In this document: piece by piece, positions 50,227-62,170 of the stretch
How the letters are laid out: each line of letters begins with the position of its first letter
Position numbering within the stretch: the stretch's first letter is position 1
Translations under genes and position numbers: made by a program
Notes under the pieces: generated by a model
The model's input: the letters and a program-made list of their open reading frames with translations, nothing else
What the model was told of the DNA's origin: nothing
The model's database searches: none
NCBI RefSeq assembly: GCF_004010195.1
Contig: NW_025215370.1
Location: forward strand, 28,948 to 92,947
Source of the DNA: Chiloscyllium plagiosum
Taxonomy: Eukaryota
Length of the DNA stretch: 64,000 nt
Direction: 5' to 3'

Positions 50227-51217
50227 GTGAGTAGCAATTGGGCTTTGCCTTCGGTGTTGTGTCTCACACACTGTCCATTCGTCCCCTACCTTTACTTCTC
50301 TGCACCCCCTGAGCGGGCTTGATTTCTCTCTCTGTCTCTTTGCTTTCCAACTCCTTGCAGGAGGCATGGGGCAACTGATTTGCAAACTGCAAAGTCTCTG
50401 ACGTAACCAGCCATTGACGAAAGGGAACATAAACGGGCTCTCTTTGCGACTTCGGTGCTTTCTTTTATCAGACAGAGGTAGCACCTTCCTTTCTGAAAGT
50501 CCATAGGCTTCTAACCCAATCGTTCACTCCCACAAGCTACATTTGAAGTTTTAGGGACAAAGTCGTGAGCCAGCTTTTTAAGAGCAACTTAGAGAGAGAG
50601 AGATGAGAGGGCTGAAAAGAACAACATATCAATAGCGACAATGATAGAAAGATCTACATGTAATCTGAAAACTTTTATTGAGATTTGGCTGGGCCAAGGA
50701 AGTGAATATGTAACAGTAAATGCTAGGAAAGGGTGAAGTGGCAGCTCTGTTAATTCAGAATCATACTCGTAAGCATGGAGAGAGCTGAGCTTAGTTCTTG
50801 TACTTTAGCCAGGGCTGGAATCAGTTTGGGTTGAGATACAAAACAGGAGCTCACTTGTGGGAGTTGTATCTTGGATGCCCCAATGGAGTTTACAGAAAGA
50901 AACACCGGAGGGGGCTTGTGAAAAAGTTACGGCAAGAATCATGGAGGCTTTAATCTACTTATGAAGAAATTTGAGTGTACGAGAAAGCTAACTAGAAACA
51001 TTAGGACTTACGGTAAGAGTTTCTATAGATGTTTAAACAGTGAATACCGGTCTCGAGATTGAATGGGTCTGGGGTATTTCTACTAAAATATAAGGAGACA
51101 GCAGAGGCATTGAATAAACGTTTTGCATCGGATGACTGAGGGCGATAGAGGTGACCTTCAGGGTATCCTGAGGACTAGGCTTCCTTCCTCACTCCCTTTC
51201 CTCTCTCTCCCTGCCAG

Positions 51218-51338
51218 CTGTGAGCACCACTGCCCAGAATCGGAAGGCGAGAGGAAGTGTGGTCCTCCGTGTCCGTGTCAAAATGGCGGCAGCTGTCAGT
51301 CTGGGGGAGGCCCGTGCCTCTGTCCCGCAGGCTGGACG
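51218..51338 (+). CDS. PEAR1: PEAR1 coding exon 6: CEHHCPESEGERKCGPPCPCQNGGSCQSGGGPCLCPAGWT
   Basis: ctgccag / gtaag; 121 nt, phase 2-0. Confidence 0.92.
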
Positions 51339-52029
51339 GTAAGTTACTAGGTTGCTCCGTCAGACAGGATGGTTAATGGGGTCATTCACCCGCTTGCCTC
51401 AACTTAACCTCACCTAACCATCTCGGGTTTCAGTGTAAAGGGGCCTATTTCACCACTCTGAGCCTGTCACAGGAAGCTCTGGACCCGGTCTCTGCCAACT
51501 CTGTCCAGCAAACCTCAGAAACAGAAAACGGAGCCCAATCGGGATATCATCTCTCTTTCTCTATTCCTTTCTTGTTTGCACTCACTTTCTCCCTCTCTAT
51601 ACCTCACAACAGCTGTCATCTCTCTTTCTCTGTCTGTATACCTACCTCACTCCCTTTGTCCACCGCCCTCCTTGCTATCTCTTTCTATCTCCCTCTTTCC
51701 ATATTCCTCTCTCCCACTGTCTTCTTCCATTTTTCTCTCTCTCCTTTGCTTTCTGTCCCACTCCGACTCTATATGCCTTCTCTTACTCTGTCCCCCTCTC
51801 TGTCTCTCTTCCCCTTTCTCTCTGTACCGCGCGCTCTCGTTCCTCCATCCCTCCCCTCTCCACAGCTGTCACTATCCTTCTCTGTATGTCTACCTCATTT
51901 CTTCTTGCTAACTCCCTCTCTCTAACCCCGACCCTCTGTCCCTTTCTCTCCCAATCTTTCTGTCTATCCCCACCTCTCTCTACTGCACTGTCCATCTCTC
52001 CCTCTACTGGACTTGTGGTTTGGTCAATT

Positions 52030-52715
52030 CACTCATTGAGTACCTCCCATTGTCAGTGAGCTTGGGCTTTGTGCCCTCCTGATGCATGATTTTTCACCCC
52101 AGAGCGTCATGCCCTCCTGATGTCAGTGACCCTTCAGCCCAAGGGTCATGCCCTCCTGAATGCAATGACCTTCCACACCTGAGGGTTGTGCCCTCCTGAC
52201 ACCAGCGATCTTTTAACCCTGAGTGTCGTGTCCTCCTGACACCAGTGACCTTTCACCCGAGGGTTATGCCCTCCTGATAAGTGACCTTTAAACCCTGCGA
52301 GTTGTGCCGTCCTGACACTACTGACTTTTCACCCGAAGGTTGTGCCCTCCTAACACATGACCTTTCAATCCTGAGGGTCCTGCTCTCCTGACACCAGTGA
52401 CCTTTCCTCCCTGACAGTTGTGCCCTCCTGACACATGACCTTTCAATCCTGAGGGTTTTGTCCTCCTGACATCAGTGACCATTCATCTCTGAGGGCTGGG
52501 CCTTCCTGACACCAGTAACCTTTCACCTGAGGGTCATGCCCTCCCAACAAGTGACCTTTCAACCCTGAGGGTCATGCCCTCATGACCTTTAACCCAAGGG
52601 TCATGCCCTCCTCATACCAGTGGCTGTTCACCCCATAGGTCGTACCTGCCTGACATCAGTGACCCTTCACCCCTGAGCGTTGTGCCCTGTTGACGCCAGT
52701 GACTCTTCACCCAAG
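52030..52715. repeat. ~39-bp diverged minisatellite (gccctcctgacaccagtgacctttcacccctgagggtcat)
   Basis: gccctcctga recurs at ~52073, 52111, 52150, 52190... Confidence 0.9.
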
Positions 52716-52923
52716 ATACAAAAATGTCCTCGTGACCACTCATCCCTCCCACCTGCTATGACCAAACCCTCCCCCTCACCTAATGCACAAAGTAATGTCC
52801 GGTAGCTCAGCTCAGTCACAGTGACTGCAATCTAACGCCCTTTCTGTTTTCTCCTCTTCCTCCTATCACCACAACCACACACCCCCCCCCCCCCCCACCT
52901 GGCAACACCACGGATAACCTTAG

Positions 52924-53061
<138 letters not shown>

Positions 53062-53650
53062 TGAGATTCTCTATCTCTGACCGGGAGGGGGCAAGAAGGG
53101 AGGGCAATTGGGCAAGAGCAGAGGGAAAGGGGCAACTGGGCAGGCAAGAGGCAATGAGGATGGGTAAAGAGGCAGTTGGGGAGAGGGGCAAGGGGGGGGG
53201 AATGGGGAAAGGATAAGAAGGTCAAAAGAGGGGGGATAATGGATGGGGTGAATTGAAGGAAAAGGGGGGCTCATTGGGGGCAAATGGGCAGGTGGTGAAG
53301 GGGAGTTCTCAGTGCTACCTGAACCTCATACCCCTGGGTTGGAGGCGGCCAGGGGTTGGAGTACTTGGTGGGGTTGGGGGCGAGCACAGTCCCCTGCGTC
53401 TCTGGGACGGGAGGGGAGTGAGGCGAACACAGCTGACGTCTCCTGTGGGTTGGGGAGCGAGGCTCCACATAGCTGAACAGTCCAGCCAGAGTTCCCAGTG
53501 AAGAATTTGTCCTGTGATGGACTGGAAAAGGCTTGGTTGAGGTTAGGGAGAAGAGGACGATATCAAGTAAAGCCGGTGGGGGGGGGGGAGAAGGCTGGTA
53601 CTGAGGGTCCAATGACCCGATGTGCACTCTCTCTCTCTCGCCGTCTGTAG

Positions 53651-53860
53651 GTGCCAGGAAGACTGCCCCTTCGGGAGGTACGGCCCGAACTGCTCGCGCA
53701 CCTGCGACTGCCTGAACCAGGCCAAGTGCATGCCCGATGGTGCTTGCCTGTGCGAGTCTGGGTACCAGGGCGGGCGCTGCGAGTCGCGGCTCTGTCAGGA
53801 TTGGCTCTTTGGCCACCAGTGCGACCGGCAGTGCGCCTGCCACCTCACGCACACTCAGAG
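53651..53860 (+). CDS. PEAR1: PEAR1 coding exon 8: CQEDCPFGRYGPNCSRTCDCLNQAKCMPDGACLCESGYQGGRCESRLCQDWLFGHQCDRQCACHLTHTQS
   Basis: ctgtag / gtagg; 210 nt, phase 2-2. Confidence 0.93.
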
Positions 53861-54179
53861 GTAGGTACCAACTGGGCTCCAGCTACGGAGAGGAGGAGAG
53901 GTGAGGGGGGCTGGAGGGGGTGCTGGGGAGCACAGGAACAGACACAGGCCATTCAGGCCCCCTCCGGCCTATTCCGCTGCCAGCGGTGGACCCATGGCCT
54001 AACTCCGACGACCTGTGTTGCCTTTATGGCTCGGTGCATGGAGTTGGGATTCTGTGGTGCGGCTCAACAGGACGTTGGTTCAGCCACTTTAGTAAAACTG
54101 CGTTCGATTCTGTTCAGAGAATTTCTTTCTCATTATGCAAACCCAGGTCACAGACACAGAGCTGGACACACACGTAAAC

Positions 54180-54510
54180 AGACCCTTCGGACCAACCAGT
54201 ATGTGTCAAACAGATATTCCAAATTAATCTTGTCCCATTTGCCAGCACTTGGCCCCTATCCCTCTAAACCCTTCCTATCCATGTCCCCATCCAAATGCCT
54301 TTTCAATGTTGTCATTGTCCCAGCCTCCACCACTTCCTCTGGCAGCTCATTCCATACACGTCCCACCCTCTCAGTGCAAATGTTGCCCTCAGGTCCCTTT
54401 TATATCTTTCCCCGCTCACCTTAAACCTATGCCCCTTGAATTCTGGATTCCCCTACCCCAGGGAAAAGACGTTGTCTGTTTACCGTATCCATGCTCCTCG
54501 TGATTTTATA
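54180..54510 (-). mobile_element. CR1/HER1 3' end fragment
   Basis: Reverse complement of the WNELPEEVVEAG segment and tail seen at 36250-36460. Confidence 0.85.
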
Positions 54511-54709
54511 AACTCCTTCCTATCTCTATCACCCCCTCCCTATTTCTGTCACTCCCTCCAGTCCTTACACCCCCTATCTGTTCACCCCCTGCAGCCCCGT
54601 CCCTAACTCTGTCACCCCTTCCAGCCCCCTGTACCCCTTCCTATTTCTGTCACCCCCTCCAGCCCCGTCCCTATCTCTGGTAAATTTGTAGATCCTCAGG
54701 CCCAGTTGA

Positions 54710-55030
<321 letters not shown>

Positions 55031-55624
55031 TAGAAGGAGGAAGGGGATAAGGTTTGTGGGAGGAAGGCNNNNNNNNNNNNNNNNNNNNNNNNNNNNNNNN
55101 NNNNNNNNNNNNNNNNNNNNNNNNNNNNNNNNNNNNNNNNNNNNNNNNNNNNNNNNNNNNNNNNNNNNNNNNNNNNNNNNNNNNNNNNNNNNNNNNNNNN
55201 NNNNNNNNNNNNNNNNNNNNNNNNNNNNNNNNNNNNNNNNNNNNNNNNNNNNNNNNNNNNNNNNNNNNNNNNNNNNNNNNNNNNNNNNNNNNNNNNNNNN
55301 NNNNNNNNNNNNNNNNNNNNNNNNNNNNNNNNNNNNNNNNNNNNNNNNNNNNNNNNNNNNNNNNNNNNNNNNNNNNNNNNNNNNNNNNNNNNNNNNNNNN
55401 NNNNNNNNNNNNNNNNNNNNNNNNNNNNNNNNNNNNNNNNNNNNNNNNNNNNNNNNNNNNNNNNNNNNNNNNNNNNNATGAGGAAGGGGTTGGGAAAGTG
55501 GGGAAGAGGGCTGGGTCTGAAAAGGAGGGGAGAGGAAGAGGAAGGGGGTAAGGAGGGTCATAGGACAACTATCCAAATACAAACATTGGTGTCCATCTCA
55601 TCGAAACAGCTCATGACAGTCAGT

Positions 55625-56270
55625 GCCATCACTGTCCCCGTCCTGGGAGTGTTTGATTGGGGGGGGGACAGAGTAGAGGGAGCTTTAATCTGTATCTAAC
55701 CCTGTGCTGTCCCTGGGATGGGGGGGACAGTGTAGAGAGGGCTTTACTCTGTAGCTAACCCCGTATGTCCCTGTCCTGGGATGGAGGGTACAGTGTAGAG
55801 GGAGCTTTAGATTAGATTACATTACATTACAGTGTGGAAACAGGCCCTTCGGCCCAACAAGTCCACACCGACCCACAGAAGCGAACCCCCCCATACTCCT
55901 ACATTTACCCCTTACCTAACACTACGGGCAATTTAGTATGGCCAATTCACCTAGCCCTGCACATCTTTGGACTGTGGGAGGAAACCGGAGCACCCGGAGG
56001 AAACCCACGCAGACACGGGGAGAACGTGCAAACTCCACACAGTCAGTCACCTGAGGCGGGAATTGAACCCGGGTCTCTGGCGCTGCGAGGCAACAGTGCT
56101 AACCACTGTGCCACCGTGCCGCCCACTCTGTAGCTAACCCCGTGTGTCCCTGTCCTGGGATGGGGGGGACAGTGTAGAGGGAGCTTTACTCTGTACCTAA
56201 CCCTGTATGTCCCTGTCCTGGGAATGTTTGATGGGAGGGTCACTATAGAGGGAGCTTTACTCTGTCTGTA
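55625..56270. repeat. 66-bp-family satellite block interrupted by a SINE
   Basis: gggacagtgtagagggagctttactctgt units. Confidence 0.85.
55808..56124 (-). mobile_element. Full-length HE1-type V-SINE
   Basis: Minus strand GGGCGGCACGGTGGCACAGTGGTTAGC (A box) ... GGTTCAATTCC (B box), V-domain and (TAATC)n tail; splits satellite gagcttt|actctg. Confidence 0.9.
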
Positions 56271-56324
56271 CCAGCCCTGGCAGATCAATCGCTGATTTGT
56301 AATTGTCAGTTATTTCCATAACAG

Positions 56325-56445
56325 GACAAACACTGCTCCGCCCTGTGCCCAGCCTGGAGTTATGGTCTGAACTGTTCTTCCCGATGCCAGTGTGTGAATG
56401 CCATCTTCTGTTCGGCCATCGATGGCTCCTGCCAGTGTGAAACGG
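56325..56445 (+). CDS. PEAR1: PEAR1 coding exon 10: [41 protein letters not shown]
   Basis: ataacag / gtacgg; 121 nt, phase 0-1; C.NAI.CS.IDG.C is PEAR1-like. Confidence 0.92.
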
Positions 56446-56916
56446 GTACGGTGTGGGGGGGGGGAGAGACACAATTTGGCGTGGGGCCTGTGTGTGTGAG
56501 AGCCTGCCCAATTTGGGATCTCCGAGAGAAAATTCAGACAGCACAGAAAATTCCCTTCAGCCCATTGAGTCTACATAACTCCCACTACAAATGCGCTAAT
56601 CCCAATTGAAATACACATCCAAACATTTTCTCAGGGTCATAAAGTTTCCAGCTTCTGCTACCTTCCCAGAATCCCACCACCCACTGAGTGAAAAAGTATT
56701 TTCCCAAATCCCTTCTGAATCTCCTGCCCCCTTACACTAAAACTAGTACCTCTCGTGATTGACCCCTCAACCAAGGGGGACAGCTGTTCACCCTGTCCAT
56801 ACCCCTCATCATTATATACACCACAATCATGTTCACCCTTAGTCATCTCTGAAGAAAATAATCCAAGATGATGAAGCCTTTCCTTATAGCTCAGTTTCTC
56901 CATCCAGGCAACATCG

Positions 56917-57330
56917 TGGGATGGCGGGGTGGCTCAGTGGTTAGCACCGCTGCCTCATGGCGCCAGGGATCCGGACTCAATTCCAGCCTCGGGACAACTG
57001 TCTGTGTGGAGTTTGCACATTCCGTGTTTGCGCGAGTTTTCTCCGGGTGCTCCAGTTTACTCACAAGGTGCAAAGAATTGCAGGCTCGGGTTGATTGGCT
57101 ATAGCATCCAGTGATGTGCGGGTTAGGGTGGATAGGCTATGCTAAATGGTCCTGTAGTGCCCAGCGATGTGCAGGTTAGGGTGGATTGGCCATGCTAAAT
57201 TGTCCCGTAGTGCCCAGGGATGTGCAGGTTAGGTGCATTAGTCAGGGGTAAATGTAGAGTAATAGGGTTGGGGAATGGGTCGGGATGAGATACTCTTCGG
57301 AGGGCCAGTCTGGATTTGTTGGATTCTATA
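56917..57330 (+). mobile_element. HE1-type V-SINE with ~3 internal units
   Basis: ggtggctcagtggttagcacc head; repeated gatgtgcaggttagggtggattggccatgctaaattg. Confidence 0.85.
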
Positions 57331-57334
57331 CAAA

Positions 57335-57705
57335 GGCTGCATCTAACCTCGTGCTGCCCCTGTCCTGGGGGGACAGTGTAGAGGAAGCTTTACTCTGTAT
57401 CTAACCCTGTGCTGTCCCTGGGATGGGGGGGGGACAGTGTAGAAGGAGCTTTACTCTGTATCAACCCCATGCTGTCCCTGTCCTGGGGGGAACAGTGTAG
57501 AGGGAGCTTTACTCTGTATCTAACCCGTGCTGTCCCTGTCCTGGGGGGAACAGTGTAGAGGAAGCTTTACTCTGTATCTAACCCCATGCTGTCCCGGTCC
57601 TGGGGGGACAGTGTAGAGGGAGCTTTACTCTGTACCTAACCCCATATGTCCCTGTCCTGGGACTGTTTGATGGGAGGGTCACTATAGAGGGAGCTTTACT
57701 CTGTC
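57335..57705. repeat. 66-bp-family satellite block (shortened units)
   Basis: Directly visible. Confidence 0.85.
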
Positions 57706-57890
57706 TGTACCAGCCCTGGCAGATCAATCGCTGATTTGTAATTGTCGGTTACTTCTTCCCGGTAGATTCGGCAAGTCCCATGTCACGCACCGTCTCACGC
57801 ACTGATCCTGCCTACCCTCACCCAGGATGTAGCAGGGACGTGCCTCCCCCATTGCTGATGCTGTTCTCTCTGTCTCCTCTTTGCCCTCAG

Positions 57891-58054
57891 GGTGGACGGG
57901 CTCAGACTGCAGTGTTCCATGTCCAGACGGCCAGTGGGGGCCGGGCTGTAACAGCACGTGCCAGTGCGCCAATGGAGCCCGTTGTAATCGCTTTAACGGC
58001 ACCTGCACCTGCCTCCCAGGCTGGCAAGGCCGACAGTGTGACCAACCCTGCCCG
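57891..58054 (+). CDS. PEAR1: PEAR1 coding exon 11: [54 protein letters not shown]
   Basis: ccctcag / gtaac; 164 nt, phase 1-0. Confidence 0.93.
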
Positions 58055-58353
58055 GTAACCAACAATACCTTCTGGTGCTTTATAGACCCGTGAAGAATTG
58101 GACATAGAGAAGGGAGACACTGGGGCAACAGTAGGTTGTAGAGAGGGGATAGACTGGGGAACGGGGGGATATAGAGAGGGGACAGACTGGGGAATGGGGG
58201 GGATATAGAGAGGGGATAGATTTGGGAACAGTGGGATATAAGGAGTGGATACACCAGGAAGGGAATTGGATAGCTATGTTGAAAGGCAGATTGTCCTGTC
58301 CGGATACACACACACGGTGATCCCTTTATGTTAACATTTCTCTATCTCACCAG

Positions 58354-58456
58354 GAACATCGGTATGGACAGGACTGCAGTGGATACTGTGACTGTGAACA
58401 TGCACTGTGGTGCCACCCTAGCACAGGGAAGTGTCACTGTGCCCCAGGATGGACAG
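58354..58456 (+). CDS. PEAR1: PEAR1 coding exon 12: EHRYGQDCSGYCDCEHALWCHPSTGKCHCAPGWT
   Basis: caccag / gtagg; 103 nt, phase 0-1. Confidence 0.92.
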
Positions 58457-59083
58457 GTAGGGCACAAGGGAGGGAGCAATTCTGGGCGCGGGCTGGAGTG
58501 ACACCGGGTATATTTGGCACACAGAGAGGCTGACTGCGATGTGGGGGGGGCGGGGGGGGGGGTCAGTGGGGAAACAGTGTGATAGAGAAAGGGGACAGAC
58601 TGGGGGTGGATCAGTGGCTAAGTGAGGTTTATATCAGGAAGGCACCGGCAGATGGGGTGTACGGAGTGGGTGAGTGGGTTGCAAGCCTACAAGAACTTTC
58701 CCAATAGCTAGAGACCAGCCCGATGCTGATCAGCCATGGCGTATCTCACAACACGGTCACCTATCTCAGACTATCCTTTAGCCTGGCCGAGTTTAGGAAG
58801 CGACTCCCCTGTGAGTGTGTGTTGGGATATGTACTAATTGGGGAGGCTTGGTAGCAGTGGTCAACCCAAAAGTGCAGGTTGGTAGGAGATTTGCACTCGT
58901 TCCGATCTCATGGCCACCTGTGGTGCCAAGTGTAGGAATTGGATTGTTAAAAGCACAAATAAGAGAATTAATCTTGGTTTATTGTCAGATGAGATGGCCC
59001 AGGGGTTGGGGGACGGTGTGAGGTTAGAGTGCGACCTTAACGTGGAGCCCCATTGTGGTGTGTTTCTGTTTTGGGACGTACAG

Positions 59084-59233
59084 GTCGCCGTTGTGATCGG
59101 ACCTGTGACCCGGGCCGCTGGGGCCAGAACTGTGCCTTGTGGTGTCGCTGCCTGAACGGGGTTCCCCACTGCCACCCGGAGAACGGTACCTGTCTGTGCC
59201 CCCCGGGGTACATGGGCCCAAGCTGTGGACACT
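59084..59233 (+). CDS. PEAR1: PEAR1 coding exon 13: GRRCDRTCDPGRWGQNCALWCRCLNGVPHCHPENGTCLCPPGYMGPSCGH
   Basis: gtacag / gtgag; 150 nt, phase 1-1. Confidence 0.92.
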
Positions 59234-59339
59234 GTGAGTAACTGAGGAGACAAGATCATGGCCGCTGTCACCGTGGTGACGGTGAGACAGCAAAGTGCGG
59301 CAGAACAGCTCGGAGCAGTGTAAATCAGGAGCATGATCT

Positions 59340-59610
59340 GAACCTCCGACAGCGCCCGCTCCCTCAGCACTGACCCTCTGACAGCACCCGCTCCCTCAGC
59401 GCTGACCCTCCGACAGCACCCACTCCCTCAGCACTGACCCCCCCGACAGCGCCCGCTCCCTCAGCGTTGACCCTCCGACAGCGCCTGCTCCCTCAGCGCT
59501 GACCCTCCGACAGTGCCCGCTCCCTCAGCACTGACCATCCGACAGTGCCCGCTCCCTCAGCACTGACCATCCGACAGTGTCCGCTCCCTCAGCACTGACC
59601 GACAGTGCAG
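59340..59610. repeat. 32-bp satellite (C-rich strand, ~8 copies)
   Basis: Same unit as the 28765 array. Confidence 0.9.
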
Positions 59611-59734
59611 GAGCTGTCTTTGATCAAATTTTCAGTCATTCATCCACAGTACTTCACCACAGGGAGATGGATAATTTGCTCCGAATGAGGGGGAGAAATA
59701 GTGGGGTCTTGCTCCCATGGTGAGAGGTGGGTGG

Positions 59735-60205
59735 AGGCAAGGCAGTCCCACTCTCGGGAGAGTATGGGGAGGGAGAATAGGGGATTCGCTCCCACGGCGA
59801 GTGGGAGGAGAATGGGGAAACTCGCTCCCATGGGGGGGGGGGGGTAGAATGGGAGACTCGCTCCCANNNNNNNNNNNNNNNNNNNNNNNNNNNNNNNNNN
59901 NNNNNNNNNNNNNNNNNNNNNNNNNNNNNNNNNNNNNNNNNNNNNNNNNNNNNNNNNNNNNNNNNNNNNNNNNNNNNNNNNNNNNNNNNNNNNNNNNNNN
60001 NNNNNNNNNNNNNNNNNNNNNNNNNNNNNNNNNNNNNGAGTGGTGGGGGTGAGAATGGGGGACTCGCTCCCATGGCGAGTGGGTGGGGAGAATGGGGGAC
60101 TCGCTCCCACGGCGAGTGGGTGGGGAGAATGAGGGACTCGCTCCCACAGGGAGTGGGGGAGAAGGAATGTGGGACTTGCTCCCACGAGGAGTGTGGGGAG
60201 AGGGA
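59735..60205. repeat. ~37-bp G-rich minisatellite (gactcgctcccacggcgagtgggtggggagaatgggg) spanning an N gap
   Basis: Period 37 (60061, 60098). Confidence 0.85.
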
Positions 60206-60540
60206 ATGGGGAGTGGTGAGGGTGAATAGAGGAGATTCACTGGAGGAGGAAAGATGGTTAAACAGACAGAGGGAGAGAGGAATAGCGGGATGGGGTTTGT
60301 TGGTGGAGATAAAGAGGAGTGTGTGTTGGTGGGTGGGTATGGTTGGTGTGGAGCAGGATCCCCAGCATGGATCGGAGGGGCCAAATGGCCCCAACTCTGT
60401 ACTAGGAACACTACTCAAAGAAAGCACAAATGAGGGATGACACAACAAGTTGGCACTCTGCTTTAGCGCAAAGAAATGCTATCTTTGTGAAAACGCTTTG
60501 TGCAAGAATCTGTCTTTTCCTCTACAACCCCCTCCCACAG

Positions 60541-60669
60541 CCTGCCCACCTGGCTCCTGGGGCCCTAACTGTATTCACCGGTGTGCCTGCGAGAATGGGG
60601 GGACCTGTCTCCCATCGACAGGCAGCTGCCAGTGTGCCCAGGGTTGGACTGGCACCTACTGCACTCAGA
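60541..60669 (+). CDS. PEAR1: PEAR1 coding exon 14: [43 protein letters not shown]
   Basis: cccacag / gtgag; 129 nt, phase 1-1. Confidence 0.92.
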
Positions 60670-60887
60670 GTGAGTAACCTGCCGCGGATGGACCCCTGGA
60701 GTGCATGAGTTGGCGTGTTGGCGAGGGGTGGGGAGGCGGGGGGCGCGGCGATGTTGGCAGAGACCGTCCAGACATAAGGGGCGCGGGTGGGTGTCTCAGA
60801 CAGAAGGACCCCTCCAACCTGGTGTGCTGCATCCGGTACTCCCGATGTGATCTTCTCTGCACCGGGGAGACCGAATGTAAATACCTT

Positions 60888-61660
60888 AGGGCAGCACAGT
60901 GGCTCAGTGATTAGCACCACTGCCTCACAGCACCAACGACCGGGTTCTATTCCAGCCTTGGGCGACTGTTTGCACGGAGTTTGCACATTCTCCCTGTGTC
61001 TGTGTAGGTTTCCTCCCACAATCCATAATGTTCAGAAAAGATTTACAAGAACATTGCCAGGGTTAGAAGATTTGAGCTATACGGAGAGGTTGAGTACGTT
61101 GGGGCTGTGTTCCCTGGAGCGTCGGAGGCTGAGGGGTGACCTCGTAGAGGTTTATAAAATCATGAGGGGCATGGATAGGGTGAATAGACAAAGTCTTTTC
61201 CCTGGGGTGGGGGAGTCCAGAACTAGATGGCATAGGTTTTGGGTGAGAGGAGAAAGATATAAAAGAGACCCAAGGGGCAACCTTTTCACATAGAAGCTGG
61301 TACGTGTATGGAATGAGCTGCCAGAGGAAGTGGTGGAGCCTGGTACATGACAACATTTAAAAGGCATCTGGATGGGTATATGAATAGGAAGGGTTTGGAG
61401 GGATATGGGCCGGGTGCTGGCAGGTGGGACTAGATTGGGTTGGGATATCTGGTCGGCATGGACTGGTTGGACTGAAGGGTCTGTTTCCATGCTGTACATC
61501 TCTATGAATTGGCCATGCTAAATTGTCCCATTGTGTTAGGTGCATTAGTCGGGGTAAATATTGGGTAGGGGAATGGATCTGGGTGGATTACTCTTTGGAG
61601 GGTCGGTGTGGACTTGTTAGGCAAAATGGCCTGTTTCCATACTGTAGAGAGTCTAATCTA
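60888..61660 (+). mobile_element. HE1 V-SINE split by a CR1/HER1 3' fragment (~61030-61505)
   Basis: SINE head 60888-61028, then CR1 VQKRFTRTLPGL...RRRLRGDL and tail, then the SINE resumes at gaattggccatgctaaattg. Confidence 0.85.
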
Positions 61661-61699
61661 AACTTAGGCAACAGTTCACCAAGCATCGCAGCCAGGCCC

Positions 61700-62170
61700 A
61701 CAGGGGACGACCAGGCCCCCCAGTCACCGCCCATTTCAATTCCCCTTCCCCCTCCCTCCCTCTCGACATGACCATCCTTGGTCTCCTCTATCGCCATAAT
61801 GAACCACACCGCAAATTTGGAGGGACAACACTTCACCTTGCACCTGGGCAGCCCATAGCCTGAGGACTCAACATGTGAGTTCTTTGATTCCAAATAACCT
61901 CCCTCCCCGTACCCCCGATGCCCATCCCAGCCCCTTCCACTCCTCCCTGCCACTAACTGGATCTATTCCTTCCATTGACCAACCAATCGGACCTTCTGCC
62001 TGTCTTCGCCTATCCCCACTTCACCACCCTGCCTCGTCCACTCCCTTTATCCGCAGCTCCCCTCGCACCCACCCTCAGTCCTGAAGGATTATACCTGAGA
62101 CGTCACCTTCTTCACCTCCTGATGCTGCCTGGCCTGCTGTGTTCTCCCAGCCTCCTGCCTGTCTACAAAT
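61700..62170 (+). mobile_element. Penelope-like element 3' remnant (GIY-YIG end plus terminal repeat)
   Basis: RKFGGTTLHL.LGSP*PEGLN-like segment and tail cctgatgctgcctggcctgctgtgttctcccagc; related bits at ~7755-7835 and ~27090-27190. Confidence 0.6.

Noticed and set aside
56050..56124. tRNA-like A/B boxes as tRNA genes
   Set aside because: They are heads of HE1 SINEs, continuing into SINE body and tail with no complete cloverleaf.
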